This document shows positions 24,547-38,160 of a stretch of DNA of 64,000 nt, piece by piece. The DNA lies in assembly GCF_001194135.2 (NCBI RefSeq), contig NC_068982.1, positions 66,969,072 through 67,033,071 of the forward strand, in the 5' to 3' direction. A program made the translations under genes and the position numbers. Origin of the DNA: Octopus bimaculoides (taxonomy: Eukaryota). The notes beneath the pieces are model-generated. The model was not told where the DNA came from. It worked only from the letters and a program-made list of their open reading frames with translations, and ran no database searches. Position 1 is the stretch's first letter. The number at the start of each line of letters is the position of its first letter.

Positions 24547-24630
24547 NNNNNNNNNNNNNNNNNNNNNNNNNNNNNNNNNNNNNNNNNNNNNNNNNNNNNN
24601 NNNNNNNNNNNNNNNNNNNNNNNNNNNATG

Positions 24631-24686
<56 letters not shown>

Positions 24687-24699
24687 GTGTGTGTGGGCG

Positions 24700-24990
24700 T
24701 GAAGGCATGTGGTTTAATGGTTAGAGTGTTGCACTCACTATCACAAGATTGTGGCTTCAATTATCAGACCGGTGAAACATTGTGTTCTTGAGCAGAACAC
24801 TTCATTTCATGTTACTTCAGTCACTCAGTCCACTCAACTATAAAATGAGTATCCTGCAACAAACTGGCATTCTGTTAAGAGGGTATGTTGGCCTACCTGC
24901 CTAGCCAATGAGGTGACATCATTCAAAACTTACAACAATGTGAAATAGCATCTTATGACCAGTGGTATATCACAACATCTGATAGCACTG
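24700..24990 (+). mobile_element. CORE-type SINE, tail T2
   Basis: Same head and CORE; tail shared with 16485-16750. Confidence 0.72.
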
Positions 24991-27106
24991 ATATATAATT
25001 ATCATAATCATGATTTAGCATCTGTAATCCATGGATGGTTTGATAGGATCTGACAGGTCAGAGGAATAAAAGAAACCATTTTGCCTTTAGGAGAAAAGCT
25101 CTGCCATGAATTGTGTTAGCTGTTTTTTGCCAATAAAACCTCAGTCTCTAGTCCAGGGATTGCAACTTTACAATTATTTCATTTCAGCCAATCCCTAAAG
25201 GCATGGAAAAATCAATCAAGTACACAGGAAGAAAATTTCCTAAATTTCACAACCTTCTTGCTTTCAAAACCCTCTTTAATTTCATTTCATTTGTTAAGAT
25301 AACCCACTGCATTCTGAATCTAGTCAACTCTGATTTGTAAAAGTTAAGTTAGCATTAACATATTTCATGCAGGAAGTATCTATTAGAAAGTTAAGAAGAA
25401 ATGATTGTGTGGTGAGGGAAAACACAATACTAGTCAATAACTGATGTCATTCCAGTGAGTACAAGTATGGGGAATAACTCAAGATATGGTTAAATCTCAT
25501 TAATGACCTCATCAGCCAAAACAGTATTAGAACAATCACTCATAAAAACACAATATTTAACACTGGCCAGTATAGAAAAATAAGAACATCATCAACATCA
25601 TTTAACATTCATTGGCCATGCTGGCATGGGTTGGACGCAAGCTGGGGTCATCAGACTCTAGTATGATTTAGCATGGTTTCTACAGTTGGATGCCCTTCCT
25701 AACACCAACCACTTTACAGAATAGAAAACACTGAGAGGATAAAATACTTTCAAGCCACTGCAACCAAGTGGTGTTTCACCATGGCATGCCAAAAATTTCT
25801 GCCTCCTATTAGCTTTTTGAATACTCAATTTCATGTTGTGTGCTTCTCCTAATAATCAATAGTTGAGGGTCTTTTTTGTCTTCTGCAAGGGTATAGAAGT
25901 TTCTGAAATATAACATCTGGTATGACCTGGTTTTCCAGCATGATAGCAGTGGTTAGTAAACCCTGCCATGCACTGAACGACAATAGCAAAGAAGAGTGAA
26001 AAGTACCCATAAATATACTTTCTGACCTTGTGCTAATAAAACATACAAGAGAAGCTATTCATATTTATTTTTCATAAAACAATTTTACTAAACTATATTT
26101 TCTAAATGTCATTTCTTAGACATTAGTATCTTAAGTGTTAGTTGTCTTAAATTTTCATTGCCTCTTAAATACCAGCTGTCATAAATACTAATTATCTTAG
26201 ACTCAACAATATAATCTTTTTTTATAGTTTATTCAGAGAAGGCAAAATACTGATGACTTTTACAGGCCCTCTAAAACTAGTTGGAGAAAAAGAGGAATTA
26301 ACCTCAAATCTGATCTGAGAGCTTGCAAGAGAAGGTTTCTTGATAAATATGCACAAGGGCCAGGGACTAATATTAAACTCAGTAAGAGATTATGTCTACA
26401 ACTTCAATTACTCAAGCTTCATTTGGAATAAGTATGAATACATTTTGCTATATTCACAATTATTACTTTGTGTATATGTAAATGAAAGAGTTTTTGCATA
26501 GGTGTGTGTAAGTGTGTTTGTTTGTGTGTGTATATCTATGTTGTTGTTCATCAGGCCACTTCAGTCCTTAATCAAGCAAACCTTCCAAACAACATGTTCA
26601 GTCCTGCTGCATAACACTTTGAGCAAGATACTATCACTCCAAGCCAAACAAAGCATTGTGAGTAGATTTAGTAGGCAGCAGTGGAATAAAGAGGTGAGTC
26701 TTAATTTCTTTGTCCAATATCATTCTATGTTATTTTAAACAACATAGAATGATATTGCATTTCGCTTCTTTTAATCAATTTTAGATTATATATAAGTTTT
26801 TAGGTGAAAATATTTTTTAAATACTTTCTATAATTCAAATTTAATAGCTAGAGTTCTACAATGACTTATTCCGAAGTCGTGGGCATTTTAACACCTGAAA
26901 TTTAAAGACACATTATTCAATTTGTTTACAATTATATTGTTTTAAATGTGTTATCATGTTTAAGTATTTTAGTGAGTTATTTTCATTATGACTTGGATGT
27001 TTTAGTCATTTTTATATTATCTTATACTATGTATATATTTTTAGATGAAATATTCATTTAAATTTATTTTCTGTAATTAAGGTTTATGTAAAATACACCA
27101 TTTCAA

Positions 27107-27340
27107 GCGTGGCCGTTGCCAGTACCTCCTGACTGGCCTTCGTGCCGGTAGCACATAAAAGCACTCACTACACTCTCGGGAGTGGTTGGCGTTAGGAAGG
27201 GCATCCAGCTGTAGAAACTCTACCAAATCAGATTGGAGCCTGGTGTAGCCATCTGGTTCACCAGTCCTCAGTCAAATCGTCCAACCCATGCTAGCATGGA
27301 AAGCGGACGTTAAACGATGATGATGATGATGATGATGATG
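27107..27340 (+). mobile_element. Family A copy, well preserved
   Basis: Near-identical to 221-398, with extra 5' sequence and a long (GAT)n tail. Confidence 0.85.
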
Positions 27341-28163
27341 ACATGTTGAGCAATAGAAGGTTATTCCCATATCATGCTTTTTTAAGATGGTTGGGGCCTG
27401 AATAGATAAACTGATATGTTATTCTGCTAGTTTACTTGTGTTTTTTTACTTATGTTTTTGTGTTTGAAATATATCTTATAAATTGTGGAGCAGCAATGTC
27501 AATTGGTCTATGTTCTTTAGTTTATCTGTGTTGGTTATCCCTTAGGTTGTTTTCTGTTTCATGTATTAGTAATCTGAGCTTTCAACTAGATTTAATAAAT
27601 TTTGTTCAATATGTTTAGTTCACTAGTATGTTTTAAATTCTATAATTCTTTGAGTAGCAATGTCTTTATGAAGGTATTCTTAATGATATTTTATATGCAG
27701 TATTTCTACTTTTTAAATTTTTATAGCTGTAAGTATGGTACATTTTAGAGATTTAATGCTTGCATTTGTAATAAACAAATGTAGAGCTAATGGACATATT
27801 ACGCAAACATTTGCTCCTGCTTCCTGTCTATTAATTCCCAGGCAGCTTTTATGTTTTTAACGCTCTTGACATTGCCAGTGCTGAAACCATAATGAAGCCT
27901 GTTAGGCAGCTGATGATGGGAGATCATTTGATGTACTTGTTGCCTGTAAATCTTTTGTATCTCGTGGTCTCATTGTTCTAAGATGTCTTTTATTCTTGCA
28001 GAGTTGAACTTGTTAAAGAGTTATTGATTTATTGGTTTATGGTGGTTTGTTGTTTATATCATACCATACATTAATATTGCATGATTGTCCCTCATCAAGA
28101 TTCTAATTCTGGTAAGGGCCACACTTGCTTAAGAGTTTTTAGTTTAGGTAGGGAGGATTTGTT

Positions 28164-28202
<39 letters not shown>

Positions 28203-28983
28203 TACATATATACATGTGTGTGCTTGCATGCATGGATGTGAGCGTGTGGAGGTGCAAATATATTTGTATGCGTGTTTCTGTCTCTTTGACTTGACATCAT
28301 GCAAATAGTAGTAAACAGACATCACTATCATACAAGCAGTCTTCCATTTCCAATCTTCTGTGAAAACATGTTCAGCCACAGAGAGATATTACCTTGTTTT
28401 GAAACAAGTAAGTTTGGCAACAGGAAGAGCATCAACAAATTTTGCCTAACCCATGCAAGCATGGAAAAGTGGACATTAAAAGCAATAATGATGATAAACA
28501 ACAGTTATTTCTGTGAAAATGTATTACTATTTGAGTAAATATAGATGAGAACCAATCAAGTTCAATAAACAACAAAACAACAAAGGGCAAGTTCTGAAAT
28601 TGCAAAAGATCTTCCAAGGAGAATCCCTCTAATTAGGTGTTCTTTAGTCTGGAAATGGTTAAAGAAGAAATCAGCCAACACATTCCATGACAATAATATA
28701 TGGCATCAGTTAGATCTGTAGTCAGATGTGTAATTCATTGATTTTTCTGCAAGTCCTTGTTATCTCAGGCTATGTCTAATTATCTCATTCTATGAGATTC
28801 TCTGCTCCAATTAATCATTCACCAGTTTGTAGCATTTTATCACCCATCATGCTTCATTCTTATTATATATTTAAACTAACAACAACTATAAGAGAGAGAG
28901 AGAGAGACAGACAAAGAAAGAGAGAGGTGGGAAGGGAAGGAGAGAGAAATAGCAGGAGTCAAAATGAGATTGAGAGGAACACA

Positions 28984-29132
28984 GTGAAAATAAAGAGAAG
29001 AAAAGAGGAAAGAGAGAAGGAAAAAAGAGTGAAAATAAAGGGAGGAAAAGAAGAGGAAACAAGAGAGAAGGAAAAAAGAGTGAAAATAAAGGGAGGAAAA
29101 GAAGAGGAAACAAGAGAGAAGGAAAAACAAGA
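28984..29132. repeat. Purine-rich 51-bp tandem repeat, ~3 units
   Basis: gtgaaaataaagggaggaaaagaagaggaaacaagagagaaggaaaaaaga is exact at 29029-29079 and nearly so at 29080-29132. Confidence 0.9.
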
Positions 29133-30577
29133 GTGAGATACAAACAGAAAATACAAAACAAAAACTGAAGAGGGAGGATGAGAGAGAAGATAGAGAGATG
29201 TGAAACTTAACACTCAACTCAAACGTAGAACCATTCAACATTGTTATTATTGTTTTCCCCTGACAATGGATCAGAAGATATAGTGTTTAACCAGGTAAAG
29301 AAAAAAAACATATAAGGTTAGGTAATATAACAACCCTGTATGATGTTGTAGCAGTTGTGCTGTTTGTATCTAATAGACATGAAATTGTTTGTATTACTGT
29401 TGTCTTTTAGCCCAGGGCAGTCCTGACCAAATGGACCTTTTGGTAATGACCATCCACCATTTTAGGCACAGAAGTAGGTGCAGGCTTGGCTAGCTGTGTG
29501 GACAGGAAGTTCAGTTAGCTGCCATGTAGCTTCAGGTTCAGTCTCACTATGTGATGTCTGGGACAAGGGTTGACCAATATCCGGTGAGTCAATCTCATAA
29601 AAAGAAACTGTGTGGAAGCCCATAAAACATGTGTGTATGTGTGTGTGTGTAAAAGAGAGATACAGAGATATCTGTACTCATCCACCATCCACCTTTGCTG
29701 ATTGACAACAGTGTTGGTTATGTTCCTTTAACTTAGCAGTCCAGCACAAAGTGACTGCTAGAATAAGTACTAGACTTAAAAATCAATACTGAAGTCAATT
29801 TCTTTGACTAAACTTATTTAAACTGTGCTCCAGTATGGCCACAGTCTACTGAATGAAACAACTGAAAGAATCAGAAAACAGCAGTCTGGACTATATTATC
29901 CAGTGTGTAATTACATTCTTAAGATAGTATATTATTTGAAGGAAATTTGGCAGTTATTTTTAGCAAGTTGAACAGCTACATTGTGGCTCCCTTATTGGCC
30001 TGTAGAGGTGTTGTTATTTTTCAAAGTTTTGTTATAGTAGTCTGTGTTGATTTTGTTGTAGTTTAATCCAGATCAATCATCTGAGATCAACAGCATTGAA
30101 GTCTAGGACATTATATTATTATTGTCCGGCATAGCATATCTAGAACTGAATTATCCAACGTGATTTGGGGAAGATGCACCTGCTATTTTTAGCAGGTCAA
30201 GCAACTCTATAGTGACTCTATTGTTGGAACAGAGCCACAAAACTACGAAAGAATTGAAACACTGAATTGAAAAGTATTATTTTTCTCCATTCTGGAATAA
30301 ACATTTACATGTAACCTAATAATATTCATTAAGACACCTTTTTTCTTTGACTTTTTCTTCTTTTTTTTTTAGCTNNNNNNNNNNAAATCCACAGTCACAT
30401 ATAGAAAAATTAATAAGTAAATACACGATAAATATGTATAATATAATACAAAGTAAAAATCACAAGATAATGATAATAATGTTATTATTATTATTATTAT
30501 CATTATCTTATGATTTTTACTTTGTATTTTATTATACTTATTTATCGTGCATTTATATCATCATTATATATATCATA

Positions 30578-30969
30578 GTGGAAGCGCAATGGCCCAGTGG
30601 TTAGGGCAGCAGACTCGCGGTCATAGGATCGCGGTTTCTATTCTCAGACCGGGCGTTGTGAGCGTTTATTGAGCGAAAACACCTAAAGCTCCACGAGGCT
30701 CCAGCAGGAGATGGTGGCGAACCCTGCTGTACTCTTCCACCACAACTTTCTCTCACTCTTACTTCCTGTTTCTGTTGTGCCTGTAATTCAAAGGGTCAGC
30801 CTTGTCACACCTGTGTCACGCTGAATATCCCCGAAAAGTATGTTAACGGTACACGTGTCTGTGGAGTGCTCAGCCACTTGCACGCTAATTTCATGAGCAG
30901 GCTGTTCCATTGATCGGATCAACTGGCAACCTCGACGTCGTAGGCGACGGAGTGCCAACAACAACAATA
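30578..30969 (+). mobile_element. Family C tRNA-SINE, full length, 12-bp TSD
   Basis: Highly similar to 17673-18059. TSD tatatatatcat at 30565-30576 and 30970-30981. B box mutated (ggtttctattctc). Confidence 0.9.
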
Positions 30970-31926
30970 TATATATATCATCAGTTAATGCCCACTTTTA
31001 CTGCTGGTATGGGTTGGACATACACATACATATAATACATACACACAAAAGAATAATACTACTGAAAATAGCATTAAACAATAGATGGCACATGGAACAG
31101 TAATTTTTTTTTTTTTTTTTCTTATGGAATAAAACACTACAACAAACTTCTCTCATTTAACTAGGATATCAGACTATAATACTTTTTTTGTCTTTCACAC
31201 ATCAAAATATATTCCTTTTGTAGTTCTTTTATGTTGCAAAACGTTTTTTTAAGGAAGGTAAAATCAGTGTTAGAAAACTTAGAACTAAATAAGACTGTCA
31301 GAAAACCGTTTTTCAGAATGTCTACCAATGTATTACTGTGAATAAAAAAGTTTAGACTTCTTAAAATTTATTAAAGCATTTGGGAAATGTTTGAGCCACA
31401 AAAAGCAGAAATATAAAAGCAAGAATAAAATAGAGAGAATAAAATCAGTGAGAATATGCAAAAAGAAAAAAAATGACTACCAAATAATCAAATACAGAAA
31501 AATCAGTAGAAATCATAATTTTGCAATAAAACTTATCAACATTTCATGTTATTTTTCCATACTTATTGATTTATATATTATATATCATCATCATCATCAT
31601 TTAACGTCTGTTTTCCATGCTGGCAAGGGTTGGACCGTTTGACATGAGCTGGTCAGCCATGGAGCTGTCCAGACACCAATTGTCTGATGTGGCATGATTT
31701 CTATGGCTGGATGCCCTTCTTAACACCAACCACTTTACAGAGTGTGCTGGGTGCTTTGAACATGCCACTGGCACAGGTGCATTTATGCAGCACTGGCATG
31801 AGTACATTTTATGTGGCAACAACACCTGTATATGAAATGTGCTGGTGTGGCTATGCGATTAAGGAGCTTACTGCCCAACAATGTGGATTCAGTCCCATTG
31901 TGTAGTCCTTGAACAAATGAAACGTA

Positions 31927-33145
31927 TCAGGCTGAGTAAAAAGTAAGCAACGTTTTGAAATATGAAATTCATCACAATATATTTCAACAAAGCAGAAATT
32001 TTATTCATCAAAGTAAGTACCGTTACAATCAACACATTTTTGCCAACGAGTTACAAGCTTGTTTAGACTCTTTCAATGCACTTTCAGCATCGGTCTGATT
32101 TTTTAACTCCTTCTCTCGCAGGAAACCATCAAGGTGCTTTAAAATGTGGTAGTCGATAGGAGAAAGGTCTGGAGAATAAGCTAGGTGGGGAAGAACTTCA
32201 TAGCCAAGTTCCCTCAACTTCTGGAGCGTCATTAGTGAAACATGTAGTCGAGCATTGTCCTGAACAATGATTGGCCCTCTTCTGTTGACCAGTCTGGGAT
32301 GGAAGAGTAGCAGTTTTTCGTTTATTTTGGCAATTTCATGACAATATGTTTCTGCAGGAATGGTTTTTCCAGGCTTTAAGAAATTATAGCGGATGAGTCC
32401 AGCAGTACACCACCAAACAGTCACTATAACCTTCTTTTTGAAGAGCTCGGGTTTAGGGAAGGGTTTCAGTGTTTCATTTCGGTCCAACCACTGTGAAGAA
32501 TGTTTTTTATTATTGTACAGAATCCAATTTTCATTGCAAGTTACAATACAATTGAGAAATGGATTGGTCTGGTTACGGAGAAGTGATGAGCAAATTTCAT
32601 ATCTGCACATTTTCTGATTTTCATTCAAATTGTGTGGAACCAATTTGTTGAGCTTCTTTAATTTCCCAGTCGCATGCAAATGGTTGCAGGCAATTTTCTT
32701 GAAGTTCTTTTGCCAGTTCTCAAGTGGTTTTACATGGATCTTTCTCAATGACGATCTTTAACTGTCATCGATGACAGATGGGCATCCACTACACTCGTGA
32801 TCCACTCAGGTCTCCACTACAAAATTGTTTAAGTCATTTTTGAGCACTGGTCATTTCCTCACCAAACATTTTGTTGATATAGCAAGCAGTTTCAGCTGCC
32901 TTACGTCCTTTTTTGGAGTTGAATAGTAAAATAGTTTGAATATCGAGCTCTGACAGTTCCATTTCAGATGACTGTAACAATGGTGAAAAAAATATTATTG
33001 TTAATTTATTGATGCATTTGGGTAAGGCTATGTCTGTATTATCAGACAACTGTAAGAAAATGTTTTAAAAAATTCAAAACTCTGAAAAAACCTGGTACAA
33101 ATTCTTCATGGTTCAAAACATTGTTTACTTTTTACTCAAACTAGA
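31927..33145 (-). mobile_element. Near full-length inactive mariner (DD34D) transposon
   Basis: TIRs tcaggctgagtaaaaagtaagcaacgttttgaa / ttcaaaacattgtttactttttactcaaactaga, with TA at 31925-31926. Disrupted transposase 32001-32962: WILYNN, KKVIVTVWW, QDNARLH-34aa-YSPDLSPIDY. First catalytic D reads N (TCNENW); frameshifts present. Confidence 0.92.
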
Positions 33146-35984
33146 TTTGGTAGACAGAAATTGAAAGATGCCTATCATATATCATCATTACCATCATCAA
33201 CATTTAATGTTCATTTTCTATGCCAGCATGGGTTGGGCAGTTCAACAGGAGCTCGCAAGACAAAGGGCTGCACCAAGCTCTACTATCTGCTTTGGTATGG
33301 TTTCTTTGGCTCTATGCAGCTTCCTAAGCTATGTGTATGTGTGTGTACCTTTGTCCTGGCATCACATAATGGTTGTAAGCAAGCATGACAGTCACACAAG
33401 CAATGTTGTTTGCTTCCAGTCTTCCATGAAAAACATGTTTGGTCATGGGAAAAATTACCTTGCTCCATCCATAGTAAATATTGTTCAATGAATTCTGTCA
33501 AACCCATGCAAGCATGGAAAAGTGGACATTTATTATTGATCATGATGATGATGATGATATAAGTATTAGCTTAGGGTGATGACATTTTGATAATAAGGTT
33601 ATGGGCTCAGTTCTTTGATTGGGTGGCATATTGTGTCCTTGAGCAAGGTACATAATTTCTCAATGCTCCAGTCTACTCAACTGAAAATGAATACCAGCCA
33701 ACTACTGATGCAGCTCTATCTCCTTCCACTCATTACATCCTCAATGTTCCACTGGATCAAGAGTGGGAGGGCAAAGAGCATGTCTATATCCACTGGTGAT
33801 TACATGGGTACCTGTAGCAACTAGTGAAAGTGTGGTGCAAGCCACCAGACCATACTCACTTGCGAGTGATGAGTAAGCTTCAGTTAACGTATATCACACA
33901 TATTGCGTGTGTGTGTGTGTGTGCACGCGCGTGCACATGCATGTGTGTAGAGGGAGAATGTTTGAAGTAGTATATAGATATTGAATATTAAGAAGAAAGA
34001 AGCAGTCAGAATTTTGGATAGCGCTAATAAAGAATTATCAAAAATTCTGGCTGCCTCCTTCTTCTTAATACACACACACACACACACACACAGAGAAAGA
34101 GAGGGTTTTGTACTACAAATAGGAGGAAAAGAACTAAATACAAGAGACCAACAACAAAATAGAACTTACTTTATGAGTAAATAGCCCGATACCTCTTACA
34201 TTCAGCTGTCTCATCTCTAGGAGACACTTATTCTCTACTTATTTCTAGTATAGTAATAAGACTTCATATTTATTTGTCAAGGAAAAATATAGTCATTTGA
34301 ACTGATACAGTACATGACTGGTATTTATTTTAGTAACCTTGGCAGGGCTAGCCTAGGTAGGAATTAAAGTAAGAATAAAGACAAACACAACTAAATACTG
34401 TGAAACATTTGATCCAAATTTCAATGTCTGAGTTTCCACCTCCCAACAGATTAAATAAATTATGAGAAGAGGTAATATTAATGTCTAACAGACACAAGAT
34501 TTATGAACTCCGGCACTCAACTGGTACATTATTTTGTCAACCAAGGAAAGATGAATGACAAAGTTGACCTTGGTGGGATTAGAACTCACAACATGAAACA
34601 CCATAAGTGAATACCACTAGACATTCTGTCCAACGCCCAAACAATTCTGCTGATTCACAGTAGTAACCGTGTTTGTTTTTATTTTAGCTTGAGTCAGTAA
34701 AAACAAAAATTTACAAGTATTTTTGTTACTTGATTTATCTTTCCCATGAATGAATCTGCAATATAAAGGCTTCTATTGAGATTTTAAGCATCTTATTTTA
34801 CATAAAACCTAGTCTGTCTGTCTAGATGGAAAACAGATAAGAGGCCTGCTTCGTGAAATGAGAGTGGCTTCTGTTTGAAATAACTATCTGGATATAATTC
34901 TTATACTCTTGAAATTCATGCACAAATCCACATATACAGAAGTGAGCCTAAATAACTTGGTCATGATGTTTACTTAACAGAGCTGGATCACTGACCATAT
35001 CATTTAGAAGTTAAAATCTTACAGCAGCCATAATGTTGAGTGACCTTCAGCAAAGTCAATAACTTTGACAACAACAAGTAAAACCAGGTCATATTCCTAC
35101 TCTCACAGTTAAATGGTTAACAGTAGAAAGGGCATCCAACTGTATAAAAAACATTTGATGCATTCATCCAAACAAGGAAAAAAATGAAATAAATAAACAA
35201 AATATATAAAAAATACATAGATAACTACAAGAACAAGAAAGATTAAAGTACATTATTCAACAATAAAATATTTGATTCAATAGTCAATTGCTCATAAAAA
35301 TATTGATATTTGGAAATTTGCCACAGCCAAGACAAGCAAAATAAAGCTCCTGTCAAATATTTCCCCTTTTATTATATTTTTCTTGTTTTGAAAATGTTAA
35401 TCTGATATTTATTTCATTGTAGTCATGGATGGATAAATTTCCAGAATTCTCTTTCCCTGTTGCCATTTCCTTGGTAACCCTTGACATATCTTACTATTCT
35501 GTGCATGCGTTTGTGATTGTGTTTCTGACTGCGTTTGTCATTCATCCCCCCACCCCCATCGAATGCCACCACTGCTTGATAACTAGTGTTGGTTTGTTTA
35601 TGTTTCTTGAGCAAGTATCAGTACTGAGGTTGATTTCAAGGTAGTGCTCCAGCATGGCCATAGTCCAATGACTAAAACAAAAGATGAAAATATAAAGAAA
35701 AAATATCTAGAGCATTTGTTACCTATGAACCCCTCTTATTACTATTCTATTCTNNNNNNNNNNNNNNNNNNNNNNNNNNNNNNNNNNNNNNNNNNNNNNN
35801 NNNNNNNNNNNNNNNNNNNNNNNNNNNNNNNAAAACTAGTTTTATAGAAACTTCTTTCAAAATTTCTTTTTGTTTCTTTACACAATAATTTGTGTAGGTT
35901 GAAGTATGTAAAATGTTAGAAAAAGAACCCTAGCTCTTTCTTGCAATACATATCAATACAAACATCTGAAGCAAAATTTGTTCA

Positions 35985-36100
35985 GGGGACTTTAAAATAC
36001 TACCTTGGATCCCCAATTTACTATTTTGTTATGTGGACCCCCCCAAAATCTTATATGGACCCTCAGCGGTTGTACGAACCCTGGTTGAGAAGCACTGATC
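35985..36100. mobile_element. hAT-like MITE right-end fragment
   Basis: Ends ggttgagaagcactg with ggacccc subterminal repeats. A left-end-type fragment (cagtgattcttaagctggggtac) lies at 60812-60900. Confidence 0.4.
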
Positions 36101-36623
36101 TAAGAGTATATCCATAGGTTGTATCTAATACAGTATGTAATTACACATCAGTAATTTACATAATTCATCTTAGGGTCAGCATCATTATCATCCTAATTAA
36201 AACTCTTATCCCAAATGAGCTAATTTTTTTGTTTATATTATTATCTAAATAGTTCCTATGCTTACACTGCCTGTATTTCAAAATTTCACTTAATACAATA
36301 GCTGTTCTTATTCACCGTTATATTAGGGCTGAAGGCCTTTCTAGAAATAGAAGCTAAATCATCCTCAAACTACACCATCTTTAAAAACAATGGACAGCTT
36401 GAATAATATAGTCTAGTCTGCAATATGTCTGAAAAATAGGCAAAATGGTCACAGTTGGAAAGTATTTGATCATAGAATATTTTGTTTCTGTATTTGGTTT
36501 ATAAAATTGTTGATGCAAACTCACATGTTGAAACAACTTTTATTTTATCATGAGGGGGTCAATTTGCCAATAATAAACACATACACTAGCTTTATTTTAT
36601 TTCTTTTATTATTATTATTATTT

Positions 36624-38160
36624 TCATTAGCATCTTCTTTCAATTCTGTTTCCATTTCTTGCCAAGGGTCTTCTTAACACCTAGGGCAGAGGAACGTACT
36701 GTATACATTGGTAGGCCATTGAAATAAACACACCAGATTGTTCATTTACAAAGTCATGTGATAGAGAAAAAGGGAACAAAAGACAGAGAGAAAAAGGAAA
36801 CAATAAAAAATAAAAAAGTAAACAAAAAAAAATAAAGAGGGGAGGGAAGAAAATTCACAGCAACAATGCTCTTCTCAATATGTGTGATGTACCAGTTAAG
36901 ACAATCTTTTGCTCTTCCTGCATGGATGGTAAACAAGGAATCATTCTTAAATAATTTTCAGTTCCTTTTTTGACCATTCCAATTGCTCCTACAATTACTG
37001 GTATTGTAACCATCTTGAAATGCTACATCTTTTCAATTTTGATTGGCAAATTTTTATATTTTCTGAGCTTATCAAATTCTTTTGCCGAGATATTATAGTC
37101 ACAGGGTATGCTCATGTCAATCAATAAAGAGACGTTATTGTTTTGATCTTTCACAACAATATCTGGTTTATTTGCTTTGTTGGTCTGGTCTGTACATACT
37201 GGGAAGTCCCAAAAAATAGTTACATTTTCTCCCTCCATTTGTCAGTAGTTTTGATTTTATAATGCTGACACATTATTCAATGTAGATATTGGCCAATTCT
37301 GTCATGTCTTGATTTGTACTCTACAGGTGCTAAAACCTTACATCCAGAGATTAGGTGGTCAAATGTTTCTATCCCATCGTTGCTGTATCAGTACTTTGGG
37401 TCTACACCATTTTTCATCACATTGGCTTGATAGTTCCAGGTCAATAAGCTCTGATCTTGGGCAGCCAAGATAAAGCCTTCACTCTCTTCCTTTAGCCCTG
37501 AGCTCCATAGCCACTGATGGGTGTGCTTCTAGTCTACATCAGCTTGTTTGCTACGGGCCACATATTTGTCATACAGAGGTTTTTGTTCTTACCTATTAGC
37601 CAACTGTTCAAATGCATTTTGCTTTGCAATTGATTTCACCTTCTTTGCAACTACAGTTGCTGCACTTCTATCATGCTGTTCAACATGGGTATCCAGTCAC
37701 TAGATGTTTCAAGATATTTTGCCAGTCCAATTGTGGTGGTTTTGCAGGAAATTTCAAACTGCACCAAGTCTCAACTTCCTTGAGCTCTGGGTAGGTAAAG
37801 ATGATCTGCATCTACCTTTGGGTGGTGCACCTTATTGCAAGTCAGCAGCTTATGGATTTTCCTATCAATCTTCCTTATTTCTCTCATATTCTAGTTTAAC
37901 ACATTGAAACTGTAAATAACAACCTGAACTGCTAAGGAACTTATAGCTAACACCTTGTTACGTGCATTTAACTTGGATTTTAGGACTGTTCGAACTCTCC
38001 TATAACATTCCTTCCTGATCTTCTCTTTCATACTTGCATACTGAATGCCAGAGCCCTAATTTATTCCAAGGTATCTGCAAGTTTGTTCCTGCTCAAATTC
38101 TTTTATGACTGTTAACATCCAACACCACTGAATGTGAAGTCTTCAATTTCCCTTTCTGGA
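36624..38160 (-). pseudogene. Second 5'-truncated R4/Dong element (RT end to endonuclease)
   Basis: CRYLGI...KEKIRKE-YRRVR...SKLNARNKV-AI...HHPK-D-DHLYLPR..G...RHDRIG...IFWDFPV-TD...NKPDIVV...LIDMSIP-D-N...KL-KY...IPVIVGAIG. 3' UTR ends at (TAA)n 36605-36623. Diverged from the 20-kb copy. Confidence 0.9.

Noticed and set aside
28600-28720. Minus-strand ILLSWNVLAD resembling an EEP-nuclease motif
   Set aside because: Preceded by a stop, no downstream EEP motifs; treated as coincidence.
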